The notes beneath the pieces were generated by a model that worked only from the letters and a program-made list of their open reading frames with translations, was not told the DNA's origin and searched no databases. From NCBI GenBank assembly GCA_009729775.1, contig GCA_009729775.1_4081.1: DNA of 64,000 nucleotides; one strand, 5' to 3'. The translations under genes and the position numbers were made by a program. The stretch is from Escherichia coli. Its GTDB lineage: Bacteria; Pseudomonadota; Gammaproteobacteria; Enterobacterales; Enterobacteriaceae. Below, piece by piece: positions 60,332 through 64,000 of this stretch. Positions within the stretch are counted from its first letter, which is position 1; each line of letters opens with the position of its first letter.

Positions 60332-61771
60332 TTACATATTTTCTTCAGCAAATTCAGCCAGTGGTGAACGAACAACACCTTCTAGTTCGATGACACGACA
60401 ACCTGCCCAGTCTTTAAACTTCTCAGTTACATATGTCAAACCACTGTTAACAGGACTAATAAACTTACTGTCAATCTGACTCAAGTTACCCATAATTACT
60501 ACTTTACAGTTTAACCCTGCTCGTGTCAAGATGGTTTTTGCTTGTGCAGGTGTAATGTTTTGGAATTCATCAACTACTAGAATAGTGTTGGTGAATGAAC
60601 GTCCACGTACAAAGTTTAGTGCTTTAAATTGAATAACATTACGTTTCATAATCTCTTCAATACTACCTTGTGGATTGGCATCATCTTTATGAAGAAACTC
60701 TAACGCATCAATCGCGGCTCCACAGAATGGAATCACTTTTTCTGCTTCTGAACCTGGCAAGAAACCAATATCTTCAAACTGTGAGTCTTGAGTTTTAGAG
60801 AAGATGATTCGGTCGTATTTACGTTTTTCCAGTACTAATTCTAATGCAGTAGCAATTGTAATTAGTGTTTTACCAGTACCAGCAGAACCTAGCAGTACTG
60901 TTAGATGTACATCAGGATCGAGAATACTGTTGATGGCGAGTGCTTGTTGGATATTCTTTGCTTTAATATCCCATACTTTAGCACGTAAAGCCACTGATTG
61001 TCCAATGTCTTGGAATACCAAAATATCTTCTGGTGTTAGTGTTCCATCATCTTCCTCAATTGCTGATTGTCCTTCGTACACAAATAATACGTCAGCATCA
61101 TCATATAGATAATCACCGATGCATAGATTTTGTGGAAGCAGATGTTCAATCAAGCTTTTAGAAATGTAATGATACAAACGACGACCAACTTGTTCGGATT
61201 GAATATTAGTATTGGTTAAGTTGCTGTATACTTCCCAAAAATTGATTTCCAGATGGTGTTGACCAATGTGAATCAAATCACTATCACCAATAACAATATC
61301 ATGGCGATAATCTTGTACCTCGACACCATAACTTAGTGCTTTGATACGCATGTTGATATCACGAGTTACCAGTACTGATTCTGTTGCTAAAGCTACCAGA
61401 ATGATTTTATCATCAGGTACAGTACTTTTGAGAAGGGTTTGAACTTTCTCTTCTGTACCTTTAGTACGAATTAGTGCCTCAGCTTCTTCGTTTGTAATAA
61501 CAAACAATTTGCTATCAGGATTCATATTGGTATGAACATCAGCAATATTAACACCAGTACTACTAATCTCGTCATGTGATGCATCTGCAATAATTGCTTC
61601 AATGTTACGAATAGCAACACGAGCATCGCGTGAAACATCTACATTACGACTCTTAATCGAATCTAATTCTTCCAGTACTGTAAATGGTAGAATGATTGCA
61701 GCACCATCAAAAGCAATAGATGCATTAGGGTCAGATAGTAGTACGTTTGTGTCAATTGTATATTTTTTCAT
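60332..61771 (-). CDS. phoH: PhoH-like ATPase with N-terminal PIN domain
   Basis: 479 aa; PIN-like N-terminus (YTIDTNVLL); Walker A LLGSAGTGKTL; Walker B VVDEFQN. Confidence 0.85.
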   Translation of the reverse strand: MKKYTIDTNVLLSDPNASIAFDGAAIILPFTVLEELDSIKSRNVDVSRDARVAIRNIEAIIADASHDEISSTGVNIADVHTNMNPDSKLFVITNEEAEALIRTKGTEEKVQTLLKSTVPDDKIILVALATESVLVTRDINMRIKALSYGVEVQDYRHDIVIGDSDLIHIGQHHLEINFWEVYSNLTNTNIQSEQVGRRLYHYISKSLIEHLLPQNLCIGDYLYDDADVLFVYEGQSAIEEDDGTLTPEDILVFQDIGQSVALRAKVWDIKAKNIQQALAINSILDPDVHLTVLLGSAGTGKTLITIATALELVLEKRKYDRIIFSKTQDSQFEDIGFLPGSEAEKVIPFCGAAIDALEFLHKDDANPQGSIEEIMKRNVIQFKALNFVRGRSFTNTILVVDEFQNITPAQAKTILTRAGLNCKVVIMGNLSQIDSKFISPVNSGLTYVTEKFKDWAGCRVIELEGVVRSPLAEFAEENM

Positions 61772-61831
61772 AAAACATCCTTGAGTTATGAGTACATCCT
61801 TGTACTCGACTAATGTTATTGACTCGGATTA

Positions 61832-62134
61832 TTACATATTTGGTTCGTATTCAACATAGCAACGTGAACCTCGAACCTTTTCTTCCCAGCACTCCTGGTA
61901 AACAAGTTGACCAATTGAAACTGGTTCTCTTGATAGTCCATTACGTACTTCACCACTTTGGGTTTTATACATGAATGAACATTTGGACTCGCTACATTGT
62001 CCTAAACTAACAACTTCTGCGGTATTGTAGTGAATGTTGGTACGCTTAGTGTTCTCGTGATACTGTCCGAACCAAAGAACTCCTGCACCTAACAGAACAG
62101 TACAAATAAGACTTTTGATGTGTGTTTGAATCAT
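61832..62134 (-). CDS. secreted/membrane Cys-containing protein (100 aa)
   Basis: N-terminal hydrophobic segment; six Cys. Confidence 0.45.
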   Translation of the reverse strand: MIQTHIKSLICTVLLGAGVLWFGQYHENTKRTNIHYNTAEVVSLGQCSESKCSFMYKTQSGEVRNGLSREPVSIGQLVYQECWEEKVRGSRCYVEYEPNM

Positions 62135-62451
62135 AATGCGTTAAATCCATTGTTTAAGTATGTTTCAATATTAATTTTACCAACAGGATTACTACTGTGA
62201 ACAAAGTACTCAAACGGTTCTTTAATATTATTATCAAACATATAATCAATAAGAAACTTAGCAAAAGAATATCCAGTCTTTTCGTCTTCGCTCACATCAC
62301 CCAAGTCATGGTCGAATGATACAAATGCTGGAATTCCATTTTCAATAACATATTCACATGCACTTTTAAAGTCACGACATACCACCATATCTTGGTTTGG
62401 ATAATATAGATTTGCATCACGAATATCATCCAAAAACATTGCGTAAGACAT
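62131..62451 (-). CDS. hypothetical protein (106 aa)
   Basis: ORF in track; 4-nt overlap with neighbour. Confidence 0.45.
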   Translation of the reverse strand: MSYAMFLDDIRDANLYYPNQDMVVCRDFKSACEYVIENGIPAFVSFDHDLGDVSEDEKTGYSFAKFLIDYMFDNNIKEPFEYFVHSSNPVGKINIETYLNNGFNAL

Positions 62452-62460
62452 GTTAAACTC

Positions 62461-63012
62461 CTATAGATAACTAATTAGTAAGTTTTCTTTTTGAATCAGA
62501 TACTCCAATTCTTGTTTTGCTGTACCGATGAAGTTCTGTGTCATAAGATTATTATATCCCGCTTCTCGATTTTGTCCCTTAGAATAACGAGAAATATGAC
62601 ATAAATTTACACCAGCAACTTCAGCACTCGCATGTTTAGCATTAGTGTATCCATCTCTAATGTGTTTCAACTCGTCATAGCTTACTTCATAGCTAAAACT
62701 ATGACTGTTTGCACCTGGGTAAATTTCAAAAGTTTTGAGTGGTCGAAGATGGGAAACAAAAATATTGTAATCCATTTCTTCTTGAACTTCACGACGCAAC
62801 GCATCTTCTAGTGAGATATCAGTACTTTCAACTGTTCCACCACATCCTCCTAGAAGTCCATCCCAACGTAATTGTAGTAATACCAGATTTACTTCTGGTA
62901 TATCATTTAACTCATAGTTTTTGTAAGGGTTGCATTTTCTTGCAAAGAAATAGCAAAATACAAAATTTGCACGTGAGCCATATTCACCAAAGGGAACTTC
63001 TTTAACACTCAT
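62461..63012 (-). CDS. Nudix-like hydrolase (divergent Nudix box)
   Basis: 183 aa; GGCGGTVE...RREVQEEMD approximates the Nudix box with a 3-residue insertion. Confidence 0.5.
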   Translation of the reverse strand: MSVKEVPFGEYGSRANFVFCYFFARKCNPYKNYELNDIPEVNLVLLQLRWDGLLGGCGGTVESTDISLEDALRREVQEEMDYNIFVSHLRPLKTFEIYPGANSHSFSYEVSYDELKHIRDGYTNAKHASAEVAGVNLCHISRYSKGQNREAGYNNLMTQNFIGTAKQELEYLIQKENLLISYL

Positions 63013-63767
63013 TTCATACGTTCCTTAATTATAGTCTCTAGATGTGGTATTGCTTTGGTTGCTGGCTTGATAACTTTTTCATTAAACAAAAAATCATTAT
63101 CATTTTTACGAATGTTAACATTAACACTATAACATGGTAATGCTGCTGCTAATCTCGACCATACCAGTACTGTATCGCTACTACCAATTACAATAACTGT
63201 ATCATTTTCATTAAGAGATTTCAACACATTATTTCGTTCTTCGTAAATTGGTAAGCGTATACCATCAACATAACGATGATATTCTCCAATCATTACTACA
63301 TTTGGTTTAGCAAAAACATCATGTTTTGGTATGTATGGTTCGTATCCGCAGTTAATAACATTATAATCATCAGAATTGATACTATAATTTTCAATAACTT
63401 CACACAAGTTTCCATGAAGTTTAAGCTCATGACCACCAATACGAGTATAAAGATCGTCCATGTTAGAAGTCATATGAAGGAAGCAATCACCATATTGATC
63501 TTCTAACGATTTTATAAAATAATGCATTGCATTTGGTTCGCATTGTCCCAATTTTACACGTAATGTATTATAGAAAGAATGAACAACATGATATTTTGTA
63601 GTTAAACTAGCAATGTTACATACATCATTAATTTTAAATGTATCCCACAAACCATCATCAAATCGAAAAGGTTCCATCCCACTTTCAACGGAAAGTCCTG
63701 CACCTGATATAATCAGTAATCGTTTTTTACCTTCATTGCTTATAAATTTTTCTGATATCATATTCAA
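63009..63767 (-). CDS. short Sir2-like (sirtuin-family) protein
   Basis: 252 aa; GAGLSVESGMEPFR, LHGN, VVMIGE and VIGSS blocks in sirtuin order; zinc-ribbon Cys pairs not evident. Confidence 0.6.
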   Translation of the reverse strand: MNMISEKFISNEGKKRLLIISGAGLSVESGMEPFRFDDGLWDTFKINDVCNIASLTTKYHVVHSFYNTLRVKLGQCEPNAMHYFIKSLEDQYGDCFLHMTSNMDDLYTRIGGHELKLHGNLCEVIENYSINSDDYNVINCGYEPYIPKHDVFAKPNVVMIGEYHRYVDGIRLPIYEERNNVLKSLNENDTVIVIGSSDTVLVWSRLAAALPCYSVNVNIRKNDNDFLFNEKVIKPATKAIPHLETIIKERMK

Positions 63768-63770
63768 TCC

Positions 63771-63965
63771 TTATAAAAAACCAATTAAATATATTGATAA
63801 TAACAGAATGATTCCAATATGATAGGCATACATAAAATTATTATCTTTGTGATAACCATTGGATTTCAAGTCCCTGTATAAGCATTTAGCATTGTTATAA
63901 ATTACAACAATAAAAAAAACTATAAAAAAACTCAAAACCCATTCATAAATTGTGTATGCCATCAT
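63771..63965 (-). CDS. small membrane protein (64 aa)
   Basis: Two hydrophobic segments. Confidence 0.4.
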   Translation of the reverse strand: MMAYTIYEWVLSFFIVFFIVVIYNNAKCLYRDLKSNGYHKDNNFMYAYHIGIILLLSIYLIGFL

Positions 63966-64000
63966 CTATTCTCTTATAATTATATAATTTTAATACTTTA

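Overview
AT-rich segment of a virulent, T4-like (Tevenvirinae-style) myovirus genome, densely packed with genes and almost entirely transcribed on the minus strand; only two tail-fibre-like genes at the left edge (1..2817) are on the plus strand, meeting the minus-strand block at a bidirectional terminator. No tools were run: every call is by-eye motif reading of the supplied six-frame track and sequence, with family names from memory. Secure anchors: tail sheath (gp18-like N- and C-terminal signatures), thymidylate synthase, anaerobic ribonucleotide reductase NrdD/NrdG, dNMP-kinase-like P-loop protein, NrdC-like glutaredoxin, Nudix hydrolase, CCA-adding enzyme, PIN+PhoH ATPase, a MoxR-like AAA+ ATPase paired with a VWA protein, and an HNH endonuclease. 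Recurrent NNTAAATA motifs 28-51 nt upstream of structural and lysis gene starts look like T4-type late promoters, while a few sigma70-like promoters and about ten hairpin-plus-T-run terminators punctuate the minus strand. Best candidates for something undescribed: (1) an operon driven by a near-consensus sigma70 promoter and embedded between late fibre genes, encoding three tandem small paralogs and a Pol-beta-type nucleotidyltransferase; (2) a dispersed NAD/ADP-ribose-linked gene set (macro domain, two Nudix, a short Sir2-like protein, a WGR-domain protein); (3) a ribosome hibernation factor (HPF/RaiA) homolog; (4) an ACP-like protein whose phosphopantetheine serine is replaced by Trp; (5) a 690-bp structured, repeat-bearing noncoding region. 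Novelty cannot be established without database searches; none of these is claimed as proven.
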